45,452 bases of DNA, taken from NCBI GenBank assembly GCA_016926455.1, contig JAFGOO010000074.1, forward strand, positions 1-45,452. Direction: 5' to 3'. Below, in pieces: positions 10,295 to 20,417 of the stretch. The stretch's first letter is position 1; every line of letters begins with the position of its first letter. Made by a program: the position numbers and the translations under genes. Source of the stretch: Methanosarcinaceae archaeon. GTDB taxonomy: Archaea > Halobacteriota > Methanosarcinia > Methanosarcinales > Methanosarcinaceae. The notes beneath the pieces are model-generated. The model was not told the DNA's origin and searched no databases. It saw only the letters and a program-made list of their open reading frames with translations.

Positions 10295-10864
10295 ATGTTA
10301 ATTGGACTTACCGGTACTCCCGGAACCGGCAAAACATCTGTCAGCAACCTACTGAAAGAAGAATATGGATATAAAGTAATTCATCTCAACGAATTAATCA
10401 GGGAAGAACATCTTTATTCTGAAATTGATACAAAACGTGGTGCAGTAATTGCAGACATGGAACAAGTTGCCGTACGTGTAACCGATTTGACCTGCGGACT
10501 TGACAAAAAAGCTGAAATAAATGATAAAATAACAATCCTTGAAAGTCATCTTTCACATCACATCACTGATATAGTTATTGTACTTCGGGCATCTCCTGAA
10601 GAGCTCAGAAAACGATTGTCAAAAAGAAAATATCCACCCGAAAAGATTCAGGAGAATATCGAAGCTGAAGCTCTAGATGTAATTCTTGTAGAATCCTTCG
10701 AATGGTGCAATCAAGTATTTGAGATAAACACCACTGGAAGAAACGTCAGTGAAGTTGGAAAAGATATAGTAAAAATTATCGGGGCATTGTTAAGCCATGA
10801 CAAAAAAAATATCCTTATAAATTTCAAACCAGGTTCTCTTGATTGGAGTGGTGAAATAGGTTGA
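10295..10864 (+). CDS. putative adenylate kinase, AK6/Fap7-like P-loop NTPase
   Basis: MLIGLTGTPGTGKTS Walker A at the extreme N-terminus; 189 aa, the size and layout of archaeal AK6-type kinases. Confidence 0.7.
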   Translation: MLIGLTGTPGTGKTSVSNLLKEEYGYKVIHLNELIREEHLYSEIDTKRGAVIADMEQVAVRVTDLTCGLDKKAEINDKITILESHLSHHITDIVIVLRASPEELRKRLSKRKYPPEKIQENIEAEALDVILVESFEWCNQVFEINTTGRNVSEVGKDIVKIIGALLSHDKKNILINFKPGSLDWSGEIG

Positions 10865-11606
10865 AAGAAAACGGATTTGAAAGCTTTTCATTTATTGAAA
10901 TTACAATTCCTCAATTTTACTACAATTTAACTATAACCTTAATTTTTTAGATTCTCTTTAAAACTCAATTTTCTTACAATTTAATAAACCGTCGTCTTGC
11001 TAAATCTCTCCGTTTTCAAACCATATAATTAAAAGCAATTTTTATTTTGATATTGCACTAAACCATTTTTTCATTACCTACAGACTTAAAAGACCTTTAT
11101 TTTTCCTTGCTTTTTTAACATAATGCATAAGGATTATCCAGACGAATACTTCATAAATTTCGATTATATCACCAACTGCATTTCCTTGCACATAGCAATA
11201 ATCAATGCCTCAAAGAATATTAAACCCTGTATTTTTCTTAGTACATGGAAGATAAATTAGTTTTACATCGTGTTTAATTCATTTAGTTCTAGGAAAATAG
11301 GTTTTATAATAAAGCAAATCAAGGTGTTTTTATATTCTTTTTTTGTATCATGAGTTTTTGATAATTTTTTACAAACAGGATTTCCTTTTGTAAAATGAAG
11401 ATAAATAACCATTCTCTTTTTAGGTGTACCAAGATTAATACCTTTTACAAACTAGAGAAAAATGATTCTAAAGCAGTTTGGCTTTTGTTATCCATAAAAG
11501 ATAATTTGAAGCAAAATTAACTTACCCACTTAATAAAAATGAAATCTATTTTTTTATTATTGCTTAATATTAAATTTATTAAACTACAAGCTACAGTGAC
11601 CCGGTT

Positions 11607-11619
11607 ATTTCAACTGGAG
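11607..11619 (-). repeat. origin recognition box (ORB), reverse orientation
   Basis: The reverse complement reads CTCCAGTTGAAAT followed by AACCGGG, a 12/13 match to the forward copies. Confidence 0.7.
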
Positions 11620-11766
11620 ATTTAAAGAGAAACGAAATTCCAAAAATAAATTTTTTTAAAAAATATTTCATAAAACAATAGAAATATTGATATACTATTA
11701 AAGTAACATAATTCGTACCATATTTTTTAAACATATAAAAAAACATTAATAAATGTTTTTTAGTTT

Positions 11767-11842
11767 TTCCAGTTGAAATCATAGGGTTCCCCTTTTATAT
11801 AAACTTTCCAGTTGAAATAAAGGGGGCTTTTCCACTTGAAAT
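11767..11842 (+). repeat. three forward ORB copies
   Basis: TTCCAGTTGAAAT at 11767-11779 (then CATAGGGTTCCCC), TTCCAGTTGAAAT at 11806-11818 (then AAAGGGGG) and TTCCACTTGAAAT at 11830-11842. These show the archaeal ORB pattern of a dyad core plus a G-string. Confidence 0.8.
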
Positions 11843-11941
11843 TTGTTCATATATAAATATACATAAATGTTAGTTTTTCTAATAAAATTATTGGTTCTTT
11901 CGACGTTGTTTTTCTTGTTTTTCTACTTTATTTTATCATAT

Positions 11942-11961
11942 ATCCATTGGAAATAGAGGGG
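11942..11961 (+). repeat. fourth forward ORB copy with G-string
   Basis: ATCCATTGGAAAT followed by AGAGGGG. Weaker half-matches follow at 11991-12013. Confidence 0.6.
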
Positions 11962-12154
11962 AATTGACCATAACTATTAATAACCCCCACTTCCATTGCA
12001 TCTATTGGAATTTACGTAATCAATTCAAACAATTAGTTTGATTGACGATTGCGGTTTGGTTTCAGAGGACATGCGGTAGTTTAGGTCCAATCGATATCAA
12101 GTTCGATGTTTCCTATAATTGCTGGCGGGATGAAAGGGTTAGGGTGATTAAAAA

Positions 12155-13390
12155 ATGGAAAACAAGTCATTAGATGGATTATTCCAAATGTTATTGGAGA
12201 ATGAATCTCTTTTTAAAAACAAGGAGGTACTTAGGCCCTCTTATACTCCGGATTTTTTGTTGCATCGTGATGAACAGATTAATAATCTTGCTATAATACT
12301 AGTTTCGGCTCTTCGAGGCGATACCCCATCAAATATTTTGTTGTATGGTAAAACAGGAACAGGTAAAACGGCTGTTACACGTCATATTGGAATCGAACTG
12401 GAGAAAAAAAGTGAAGAGATGGATGTTTCCTGTATTGTTTTATATATGAATTGTGAGGTCATAGACACTCAGTACAGGTTACTGGCAAATCTGGCCAGAC
12501 AGTTCGGTGAGGAAATTCCTATGACCGGCTGGCCTACTGATCAGGTTTTTGCTAGATTTAAAAAGACGATTGACGAGAAAAAACAGATTATTATAATCAT
12601 ACTTGATGAAATAGATAAATTGGTCAAAAAGGGTGATGATGTACTATACAATCTTTCTCGTGTCAATACGGATCTCAAGAATTCAAAAGTGAGTATGATA
12701 GGGGTGTCCAATGACCTAAAATTCACGGAATTCCTTGATCCGAGGGTTAAAAGTTCTCTTGGAGAAGAGGAAGTAATTTTTCCTCCTTACGACGCCGAGC
12801 AGATTAGCGACATATTGAGGCAAAGAGCAGAAAAGGCGTATAAGGATGGTGTTTTGGATGACATGGTGATTCCGCTATGTGCAGCTTTTGCTGCACAGGA
12901 ACACGGTGATGCGAGAAGAGCCCTTGATCTGTTGAGAGTTGCAGGGGAGCTGGCGGAGCGGGAGAACAAGCCAAAAGTGGAAGAAAAACACGTTAGAAGT
13001 GCTCAGGAAAAGATTGAAATTGATCGTATTGTTGAAGTTGTAAGGACACTGCCGACTCAGTCAAAACTGGTTCTTTACACGATTTTACTTCTCCGGAACA
13101 GTGGATATAGAAATGTGACGACCGGTGAAGTATATAATATCTATCGCCAACTATGCTCACGTATAGATATGGACGTCCTAACTCAGCGGAGGGTTACGGA
13201 CCTGATGTCAGAGCTAGACATGCTCGGAATCGTAAATGCAGTTGTTGTGAGTAAGGGACGGTATGGCAGGACTAAGGAAATATCTTTAAGTGTTCCTGTT
13301 GCAAGCACGCGTCAGGTCCTTGTTGAGGACTACAGGCTAAAACCCCTTATGGATTTCAAGATGCCAATGGCAGTTCAGATGCATCTCTAA
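12155..13390 (+). CDS. cdc6: Orc1/Cdc6 replication initiator
   Basis: LRPSYTPD...REEQ-like N-terminus, Walker A GKTGTGKT, Walker B ILDEID and a C-terminal winged helix. Adjacent to the ORB cluster. Confidence 0.93.
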   Translation: MENKSLDGLFQMLLENESLFKNKEVLRPSYTPDFLLHRDEQINNLAIILVSALRGDTPSNILLYGKTGTGKTAVTRHIGIELEKKSEEMDVSCIVLYMNCEVIDTQYRLLANLARQFGEEIPMTGWPTDQVFARFKKTIDEKKQIIIIILDEIDKLVKKGDDVLYNLSRVNTDLKNSKVSMIGVSNDLKFTEFLDPRVKSSLGEEEVIFPPYDAEQISDILRQRAEKAYKDGVLDDMVIPLCAAFAAQEHGDARRALDLLRVAGELAERENKPKVEEKHVRSAQEKIEIDRIVEVVRTLPTQSKLVLYTILLLRNSGYRNVTTGEVYNIYRQLCSRIDMDVLTQRRVTDLMSELDMLGIVNAVVVSKGRYGRTKEISLSVPVASTRQVLVEDYRLKPLMDFKMPMAVQMHL

Positions 13391-13424
13391 GTGCATCTGA
13401 AACACCAGTTTCTATAAAAGAAAT

Positions 13425-13985
13425 CTAAAACCTTGGAAGTAGCAGTCTGAAATACCCAACGTATGGTATTCTATAACGTGCAACTCCAATGATCCATTCT
13501 TCTTTTATAGGAACTTGGTAACTAATGTCTCCCTGCTGGTCATAATGCATATTTGTCTCATGGTTATCTCCTTTGGTGATATATCCATTGGAGCTTGCAG
13601 CTGGTCCACCAGGCCACATAGGTTCTCCAGCTTCTACATAGTACATGGCTCTATGTATAATCGGAGTTACATCCTTCCTTCCATATGGTCTATATAATAT
13701 CACATCGCCTTTATCTTCAAATGATACATAGTCATCGTTGCTTTCTTGATTGGTTATTACTTCTGTTCGATCTATGTTTTCAATAAAGATGATGTCTCCT
13801 ATTTTCATGTGTGGTTCCATACTTCCTGATTCAACAGCTACCATGGGTGTCCACATTCCGAATGCGATTTGAAAAAACAATGAAAATACCAATAAAGCAA
13901 TGATTATAGATAGAATGTCCCTTGTGATTGAAATCCAGAAGTTATCACTGTGTTTGAACGTATTTATTGTTTTTTTTGTGTCCAT
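13425..13985 (-). CDS. signal peptidase I, archaeal/eukaryal S26B type
   Basis: N-terminal TM helix, then the SGSMEPHMKIGD catalytic Ser motif and HRAMYY box. Confidence 0.85.
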   Translation of the reverse strand: MDTKKTINTFKHSDNFWISITRDILSIIIALLVFSLFFQIAFGMWTPMVAVESGSMEPHMKIGDIIFIENIDRTEVITNQESNDDYVSFEDKGDVILYRPYGRKDVTPIIHRAMYYVEAGEPMWPGGPAASSNGYITKGDNHETNMHYDQQGDISYQVPIKEEWIIGVARYRIPYVGYFRLLLPRF

Positions 13986-14179
13986 GGTAAATCACGTTGA
14001 TTTCAGGCTGAAATCACGACTGTTAGAATGTAGACAAACTTTTTTAAACATATTGCTTGAAAAGTTTGAAAATCTTTTTGACCTTAAGTTGGTTTTGCTA
14101 TTAATATTTAAGCCTCAAAACCAATTCTAGGTTCAATTTTTATTTGCTACCAAGTATTTATCTAGGACAATACATTCTA

Positions 14180-15424
14180 TCACTTTGCGGCAGCTGCAAT
14201 TCGCATACCAAGTTCCCTGCAGGATTTCAATCCGTCTTCATCGGGTCTGAATTTTATTTGCAGTCCTGGCTCGATAATTTCAAACCCCGCAGATTCCATT
14301 TCTTTTTCTATCGCCTTCACGGCCCCACCGCCCCAACCAAATGAACCGAATGCTACCGCTTTCTTGCCTTTTGGTCGAAGTCCTTTAAGATATGTCAAAA
14401 ATCCTCCAACTGGATAAAACATTCCGTTGTTAACGGTAGGTGAACCTACGGCAATCATGGATGCTTCAAGTATTTCTTTTATAATTGTGCTCCAGTCGTT
14501 CTTTCGTAGGTGTAGCAATTTTACATCTACGTCTGCAAACATGACCCCATTCAGGATTTCCTTTGCCATCCGCTCGGTGCTACCCCACATAGTATCGTAT
14601 ATTACCAATACCTTAGGAACTGTTTCACCTGATGCCCACCTTACGTATGCATTTATTATCTGTTCCGGGTTCTGCCGCCAGACAATCCCGTGGGATGGAG
14701 CTATCATGTCAATTTTGATATCAAGTTCCTTTATTTTGTCCATGTATGCTAGCACCTGTGACCCAAATGGCATTAGGATATTAGCATAATAAGTGGCAGC
14801 ATCGTCCATTACATCTCCTACCTCATCGTTAAAGCGGTGAGATATTGCAATATGCTGTCCGAACGCATCGTTTGAGAAAAGTATCTTGTCTTCTTTGAGA
14901 TAGGTGTGCATGCTGTCAGGCCAGTGCAACATGATTGTCTCGATGAACATCAATGTCCTTTTGCCAAGAGTAACCTCACTTCCAGTTTCCATAACCTCGA
15001 AGTCCCATTCATCACAACCTACGGCTTTGTAATAATTGCAAATAATGGCCTTGCCGCGTTTTGTAACAAATACCTTGGCTTCAGGCGCAATTCTCATAAT
15101 TGCTGGTAATGAGCTTGAATGGTCCATTTCAACATGGTTTTCAATCACATAGTCGATCTTCGAAGGATCGATTATATTTTTAATTGACTTGATTAGCTCT
15201 CCCGCAAACTGCGCTTTCACCGTATCTATTAGTGCAATTTTATCATCAACGATTAGGTATGAATTGTAAGTTCCACCTTTGGGTGTAGCAAAACCATGAA
15301 AATCCCGAAGATTCCAGTCTATTACGCCGAGCCAGTACACACCTTTGGCCAGTTTTACTGGTTTGTGATTATCGTCCACTCTAAAATCTCCAATACTATG
15401 TCTGCATTCTGAACTGTGTCGCAT
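14180..15424 (-). CDS. fprA: FprA-type flavodiiron protein (F420H2/O2 oxidoreductase family)
   Basis: Metallo-beta-lactamase HVEMDHSSS diiron motif plus a C-terminal flavodoxin domain (KVLVIYDTMWGSTE). The track ORF runs to 15493, but that end overlaps the upstream gene. ATG 15424 or GTG 15379 (preceded by GGAG) are more likely starts. Confidence 0.85.
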   Translation of the reverse strand: MRHSSECRHSIGDFRVDDNHKPVKLAKGVYWLGVIDWNLRDFHGFATPKGGTYNSYLIVDDKIALIDTVKAQFAGELIKSIKNIIDPSKIDYVIENHVEMDHSSSLPAIMRIAPEAKVFVTKRGKAIICNYYKAVGCDEWDFEVMETGSEVTLGKRTLMFIETIMLHWPDSMHTYLKEDKILFSNDAFGQHIAISHRFNDEVGDVMDDAATYYANILMPFGSQVLAYMDKIKELDIKIDMIAPSHGIVWRQNPEQIINAYVRWASGETVPKVLVIYDTMWGSTERMAKEILNGVMFADVDVKLLHLRKNDWSTIIKEILEASMIAVGSPTVNNGMFYPVGGFLTYLKGLRPKGKKAVAFGSFGWGGGAVKAIEKEMESAGFEIIEPGLQIKFRPDEDGLKSCRELGMRIAAAAK

Positions 15425-15881
15425 ATTCGAGAAATCCATCAATAAGTTCATAGTGACCCCGCTCGATGGATGCAAGTTTGTCAAAGAATTCACGCAAGGC
15501 AGTGTTGTCTGTACGTTTGGAAAGTTGCATGTAGAAATATTCGGTCTTTCGCTCCAAACGAAGTGCTGCGAGATAGACTCCTATCTCATGAAGGCGTTCA
15601 TTCGTGAACTCGGCATCAAATACCGGTTTAAAATCCGGTGTTTTAGAATCTATATCTAGCACTATTTTGTTTTTTTGATAATTTCTTAGATATTCGGCGT
15701 GTTTGCCCTCTTCTCTGGCTAGGTAACTGTACAGTTTAGTTACACTAACATTTTTTATTTTAGATACTTTCTCTTGGTAGAAGTCCCTGTTCTGTTCCTC
15801 GATTGAGATCGCTATTTTAAGCATGTCATCAAGAGTTTTCAGTTTCTTAACTTCGTCAGCAATTTCTTCTAAAATGCCCAT
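15396..15881 (-). CDS. rubrerythrin/ferritin-like diiron-domain protein (no rubredoxin domain)
   Basis: 161 aa with two E..(30)..E-x-x-H-like helices (AREEGKHAEYL; ASIERGHYELI), typical of the four-helix-bundle rubrerythrin family. Confidence 0.65.
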   Translation of the reverse strand: MGILEEIADEVKKLKTLDDMLKIAISIEEQNRDFYQEKVSKIKNVSVTKLYSYLAREEGKHAEYLRNYQKNKIVLDIDSKTPDFKPVFDAEFTNERLHEIGVYLAALRLERKTEYFYMQLSKRTDNTALREFFDKLASIERGHYELIDGFLEYATQFRMQT

Positions 15882-16077
15882 TTTTATTTAACCCCCATCA
15901 CATTTTCTTTACCAATCATGGTTAATACTTCTGATTGTACATAAAGTATAATCTTATGTGTTCGTGTAAATGCTCGTTTTTGCAGATTTGAGCCCCTGAG
16001 TGTGCCAGAATGTTAATATTTCCATATCTCTGGAAAATATGGGTGTTAACGAGCATTTTCTTGCTATGCTGTTGATT

Positions 16078-16290
16078 TCATCCGACTTTGTCATTGAGGG
16101 TGTCGAGTTTGAGTATGGAATATAGTGCACAATAGCCGGTAGCTCCAGTAACAAGCAGGATCAGTCCAAGCAATGCAATGATATATGTTGCCATACCTGT
16201 GGTTACAACTTGTGCTGCACCCACGTATAGGAGCACAAGTCCGAGGACGACCCGAACTGCCCTGTCAATTTTTCCTTCGTTCTTTTGCAT
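16078..16290 (-). CDS. DUF2892 (YgaP-like) small membrane protein
   Basis: 70 aa: KIDRAVRVVLGLVLL... followed by two TM helices and a conserved CALYS-like tail. Confidence 0.6.
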   Translation of the reverse strand: MQKNEGKIDRAVRVVLGLVLLYVGAAQVVTTGMATYIIALLGLILLVTGATGYCALYSILKLDTLNDKVG

Positions 16291-16313
16291 ATTTAAATCC
16301 TCTTTTATTTCAA

Positions 16314-16814
16314 TTAAAACTCATTGATGTGAAGCTTCTGGTCCAGAGGGATTCTTATTGGTTTTTCCGGTGATTCATCAGGATACCCAAGCGGAATGAC
16401 CGTTGCGACATCGTACCCGTCAGGAATCTTTAGAAGTGCTTTTATATTCTTACCATGGAACGTAAGTGTTACACCCCCAAGGCCCTCTGAAGTTAATGCA
16501 AGAAGTATATTCTCAATACATGCATAAGCCGAACCCAGCGCATCTTCAGCGAGTTCATTGTTGTAACATACTACTATCAACACCGGTGCAGTCTCAAGTG
16601 CCACTTTTTGGGGTGGGATTTTAATGCGCATCCCTGCAATCTCATCACGAAGCGTTTTATCTTTTACAAGGATGAACTCCCATGGCTCGCGATTAAATGC
16701 ATTTGGTGCTTGTGTACCGGCGCTTAAGATTTTATGGATGGTCGTATCAGGTACAGTGTCGGGTTTGAACTTCCTGATACTCTTTCGTTTCTCAATAGCT
16801 TCATATAAATCCAT
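16314..16814 (-). CDS. nitroreductase-family FMN oxidoreductase
   Basis: MDLYEAIEKRKSIRKF... is the classic nitroreductase N-terminus. The ORF opens at 16838, but ATG 16814 gives the canonical start. Confidence 0.85.
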   Translation of the reverse strand: MDLYEAIEKRKSIRKFKPDTVPDTTIHKILSAGTQAPNAFNREPWEFILVKDKTLRDEIAGMRIKIPPQKVALETAPVLIVVCYNNELAEDALGSAYACIENILLALTSEGLGGVTLTFHGKNIKALLKIPDGYDVATVIPLGYPDESPEKPIRIPLDQKLHINEF

Positions 16815-17197
16815 AATACCCCCCCAGAGGCTAGACAAAGAACCTATATCTTAATAGAATTATTTCATTTGCTATTTAAATACCTTTCTACCTTTATTTT
16901 TTCACAATATTTTAAATAATCTTAAGTGTGGACTTGAATTTGCTTTGCAATCGTACACATGAGATATCACCATTTATTAAGGCTGATTTGTACGAAAGGA
17001 AAATACAACTGTAAGTAGTGGCTAGTGAATTATTAAAATAATTGCTTCAGTTCTGAGTTTTTTGTAAATCGGTCTCAAACCCACTGATTTAGAAAGTCTT
17101 TTATAAAACAGCAAACATTCAGAGATGCAGATTTAAAATGATACTTAGGGATTTTGTAGTATACGGGATAATAGTTTTCAGATAAGAGGAATTATTC

Positions 17198-18301
17198 ATG
17201 GATAAAATCAAAATCGCAATTATAGGTCTTGGAAATTGTGCGAGTTCATTGATTCAAGGCATCGAGTATTACAAAAACAAAAAAGACAATGATGCGATCG
17301 GTTTGATGCACTGGGAAATCGGAGGCTATAAACCTAGTGATATTAAAGTTGTTGCTGCATTTGACATTGATGGGAGGAAAGTGGGGAAGGATGTATCAGA
17401 AGCGATGTTTGAACTCCCAAACTGCACAACAGTTTTTTACAAAGACATCCCAAAGACCGGAACCATTGTGAGAATGGGGAAAGTTCTAGATGGAATTGCA
17501 GACCATATGAAAGATTTCGATGATAAATACACCTTTGTTCTGGCAGACGAGACTGAACCCTCAAAAGAGGAGATAGTCAGCATACTGCAAGAATCGGGAG
17601 CAGAGATACTGTTGAATTATCTGCCCGTGGGTTCTGAGGATGCTACACGTTTTTATGCTGAATGTGCTCTTGAAGCTGGATTGGGATACATCAACAATAT
17701 GCCTGTTTTTATAGCGAGTGATCCGTATTGGTCTGTGAGATTCAAAGAAAAAGGCATTCCTATAGTTGGTGACGATATAAAGGCCCAGATTGGTGCTACA
17801 ATCACCCACAGGACGCTGGCTGACCTTTTCAGAAAAAGGGGGGTGAAATTGGAAAGGACGTACCAGATAAACACTGGAGGAAACACTGATTTCCTTAACA
17901 TGCTCAACAGAAACAGGCTTGTCTCAAAAAGGATTTCCAAGACAGAGGCAGTCCAGTCCGTTGCAGCCGAGAGGCTTGATGATGAAAATATCCATATTGG
18001 ACCCAGTGATTATGTTCCATGGCAAAAGGATAACAAGGTGTGTTTCTTAAGGATGGAAGGCAGGCTCTTCGGTGATGTGCCGATGAATATGGAACTGAGG
18101 TTATCTGTGGAAGATTCACCGAATTCCGCTGGCGTGGTCATCGATGCTGTCAGATGTTGCAAACTGGCACTTGATAGGGGAATAGGTGGAATTTTGACCT
18201 CACCCTCTGCATACTTCATGAAACATCCACCTAGACAGTACACAGATGACGATGCATGCAGGATGACCGATGAGTTCATCGCCGGCAAAAGAGATAGCTG
18301 A
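17198..18301 (+). CDS. ino1: myo-inositol-1-phosphate (inositol-3-phosphate) synthase, archaeal short type
   Basis: IAIIGLGNCASSLIQG Rossmann N-terminus, ...NTGGNTDF... and ...SKRISKT... motifs of the MIPS family; 367 aa. Confidence 0.88.
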   Translation: MDKIKIAIIGLGNCASSLIQGIEYYKNKKDNDAIGLMHWEIGGYKPSDIKVVAAFDIDGRKVGKDVSEAMFELPNCTTVFYKDIPKTGTIVRMGKVLDGIADHMKDFDDKYTFVLADETEPSKEEIVSILQESGAEILLNYLPVGSEDATRFYAECALEAGLGYINNMPVFIASDPYWSVRFKEKGIPIVGDDIKAQIGATITHRTLADLFRKRGVKLERTYQINTGGNTDFLNMLNRNRLVSKRISKTEAVQSVAAERLDDENIHIGPSDYVPWQKDNKVCFLRMEGRLFGDVPMNMELRLSVEDSPNSAGVVIDAVRCCKLALDRGIGGILTSPSAYFMKHPPRQYTDDDACRMTDEFIAGKRDS

Positions 18302-19130
18302 ATGTTCATCTCTTGATGTTCCAAATAGTGTTTTTGGGATTGATTTCAGTGGCGCAGAGAATGCCTACAAGAAGATCTGGGTCAGCAAAGGAACCATCAC
18401 CAGCAACATTCTGCACATTCATGAGTCACGACGAATAGCAGATTACATGCAGAAAGGAAACAAGCATGTAAGCCGGGATAAGTGTCTTATTATACTTAAA
18501 AAGCTTATCGCAGGTGAGCAACATGCAGCTTTTGGTCTCGATTTTCCTTTTTCGTTACCCACCTTGGTTTTGGACAATGAAGATTGGGATGCCTTTGTAA
18601 GGCAGTTCCCGGAAAGGTATAAGACACCAGAGCAGTTCCGTGAGTCCTGCCGCAATGCAACTCAGAACAAAGAGTTCAAAAGGCGTACGGAAAAGGAAAA
18701 CAAGGCACCATTCTGTGCTTATAACCTTTGGCTCTTTAAGCAGACCTATTTTGGAATCCGGGATGTTCTTCGCCCACTTGCAATCGGTAAAAAGGCCTGC
18801 ATCCTTCCAGTGCAATCGTGTGAAAAGGGAAAACCTTGGGTCCTTGAAATCTGTCCTGCATCTACACTAAAGCAGGAAGGTGTATACATTCCCTACAAAG
18901 GTAAAACGGAAGTAAAACAACAGTCTCGAAGCCAGATTCTTGAGTATCTGTCCACTAGAGGCGTTTTGGTATCTTCCGATGTGCTTGAAATTGCAATCGA
19001 AAACAGTGAAGGTGATGCACTGGACAGTGTTATTGCAGCGTTTGCCACCTATCGGGCACTACAGGAACCTGAAAAACTTACGACAACGCGTCCTGCTATC
19101 TATAAAAGAGAGGGGTATATTTTTGCTTAG
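18270..19130 (+). CDS. hypothetical protein, DUF429-like (predicted RNase H-fold)
   Basis: VFGIDFSG near the N-terminus, EICPASTLK and GDALDSVIAA resemble DUF429. The start overlaps the ino1 end by 32 nt, so the start is uncertain. Confidence 0.45.
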   Translation: MSSSPAKEIAECSSLDVPNSVFGIDFSGAENAYKKIWVSKGTITSNILHIHESRRIADYMQKGNKHVSRDKCLIILKKLIAGEQHAAFGLDFPFSLPTLVLDNEDWDAFVRQFPERYKTPEQFRESCRNATQNKEFKRRTEKENKAPFCAYNLWLFKQTYFGIRDVLRPLAIGKKACILPVQSCEKGKPWVLEICPASTLKQEGVYIPYKGKTEVKQQSRSQILEYLSTRGVLVSSDVLEIAIENSEGDALDSVIAAFATYRALQEPEKLTTTRPAIYKREGYIFA

Positions 19131-19213
19131 TATAAAAGGATAAAAAACTAACACATTAAAATCAAATACGCCGCCTGAACCCGTAAAAGTTTTCAAGCGG
19201 CTTGAACGTCCAC

Positions 19214-19759
19214 CTATCCCCGTTTTACCCCGACGATGTCATAGATATCTTCTGGTTTTTCCATGATCGTGATGTTCTCCATCTCTGCCAATTTTTCAGA
19301 ATTCGATACATCGATCTCGCGCATCTTGAGTATCATTTCCTTCCCCATAGGTGAATAAGTTTTGACCTTCCCACGCGTTTGGTCCACAGGGAGAATGTAG
19401 ATAGGTGTACTGCCTTTTGAGGTCTGGGCCACGGCATTGGTCACCAGTGTATCAGCGATACCGTGTACCATCTTTGCCACGGTGTTCGCTGTTGCTGGTG
19501 CAATTAAAAGCATATCATAATACCCCAGCTGGAGCGGTCCGGCAATAAAGGGTGAATTGGGACCAGCATCTATCTTGAAATTAGGGAAATCTCTCTGGAT
19601 GTCATCCCACATCCGGTACCATTTCATCACGGTTTCCCCTTCTTTTGACAAAAAGACCATGAAATCAATATCGGTTTTCTTCTTGATATCCACCATGACA
19701 TTATACGTCTCACGTATAAGGTCTCCTGAACCTGTAATTCCCCATGCTATGCGTTTCAA
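19214..19759 (-). CDS. afpA: archaeoflavoprotein AfpA-like FMN protein (HFCD superfamily)
   Basis: MKRIAWGITGSGD..., ...LLIAPATANTVAKMVHGIADTLVTNA motifs of the flavoprotein/HFCD fold; 181 aa. Confidence 0.75.
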   Translation of the reverse strand: MKRIAWGITGSGDLIRETYNVMVDIKKKTDIDFMVFLSKEGETVMKWYRMWDDIQRDFPNFKIDAGPNSPFIAGPLQLGYYDMLLIAPATANTVAKMVHGIADTLVTNAVAQTSKGSTPIYILPVDQTRGKVKTYSPMGKEMILKMREIDVSNSEKLAEMENITIMEKPEDIYDIVGVKRG

Positions 19760-19790
19760 TTTATTTCCTCCTCTGATTGTTTTTAACTAA

Positions 19791-20366
19791 TTAATAACTC
19801 CTACCCCAAAGTTCAAAGTATGCCCTCTCGTGCGCACATGCAGGACATTCCTCAGGTGCCTCTTCATCGTAATGAATATAGCCGCAGTTGCGGCATTTCC
19901 ACTTCATGACACTATTGCGCTTAAATACACTGTTCTTGTCGATATTCTCAATGAGTGCAAGGTATCGTTCTTCATGACCCTTCTCAGCGATTGCTATATT
20001 CCTGAAGACATATGCAATTTCTGAAAATCCTTCCTTTTCAGCAGTTTCTGCAAACTCTGGATACATCTGTGTATGTTCGTAGTTCTCACCCAAGGCTGAA
20101 GCTTCAAGATTAGATCTGGTATTACCTATTATGCCAGCAGGGAAGGATGCCGTGATCTGCAGCTCACCACCTTCGAGGAACTTAAAAAGCCTTTTAGCAT
20201 GTTCTTTCTCGTTATCCGCGGTCTCCAAGAATATACCAGCTATCTGTTCATATCCTGCCTTTTTTGCCTCAGATGCAAAATATGTGTAGCGGTTTCGGGC
20301 CTGTGACTCACCTGAAAATGCGGTTAAAAGGTTCTTTTCGGTTTGCGTTCCTTTCAATTTTTCCAT
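19791..20366 (-). CDS. rbr: rubrerythrin
   Basis: [21 protein letters not shown], two EEx2H diiron motifs and a C-terminal rubredoxin-like CRNCG...CPAC. Confidence 0.92.
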   Translation of the reverse strand: MEKLKGTQTEKNLLTAFSGESQARNRYTYFASEAKKAGYEQIAGIFLETADNEKEHAKRLFKFLEGGELQITASFPAGIIGNTRSNLEASALGENYEHTQMYPEFAETAEKEGFSEIAYVFRNIAIAEKGHEERYLALIENIDKNSVFKRNSVMKWKCRNCGYIHYDEEAPEECPACAHERAYFELWGRSY

Positions 20367-20417
20367 ATTTTTATTCTCCTATACTTATGATTCATTACAA
20401 AAACCTCTATTCCCTCA

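Larger units (their letters stand above)
11600..11961. other. chromosomal replication origin core (oriC): AT-rich unwinding element 11621-11766 flanked by inverted ORB repeats
   Basis: Lies in a 1.29-kb ORF-free AT-rich gap (10865-12154) immediately upstream of orc1/cdc6. One reverse-oriented ORB sits left of the AT-rich stretch and four forward ORBs sit right of it. Confidence 0.8.

Noticed and set aside
11367-11395. Hairpin TTTTACAAA-N11-TTTGTAAAA in the AT-rich region left of the origin core
   Set aside because: A 9-bp all-A/T-dominated stem is expected by chance in about 700 bp of AT-rich DNA, and there is no flanking signal.
11591-11782. 63-aa ORF on the minus strand inside the origin region
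   Set aside because: It lies entirely in the nearly pure A/T unwinding element between the inverted ORBs. The low-complexity K/F/I/Y-rich translation has no RBS and is an artefact of AT-rich DNA.
15425-15493. N-terminal 23-codon extension of the FprA ORF
   Set aside because: It would overlap the 3' end of the upstream rubrerythrin-like gene by about 100 nt. FprA homologues start close to the ...KLAKGVYWLGV region, so ATG 15424 or GTG 15379 are preferred.
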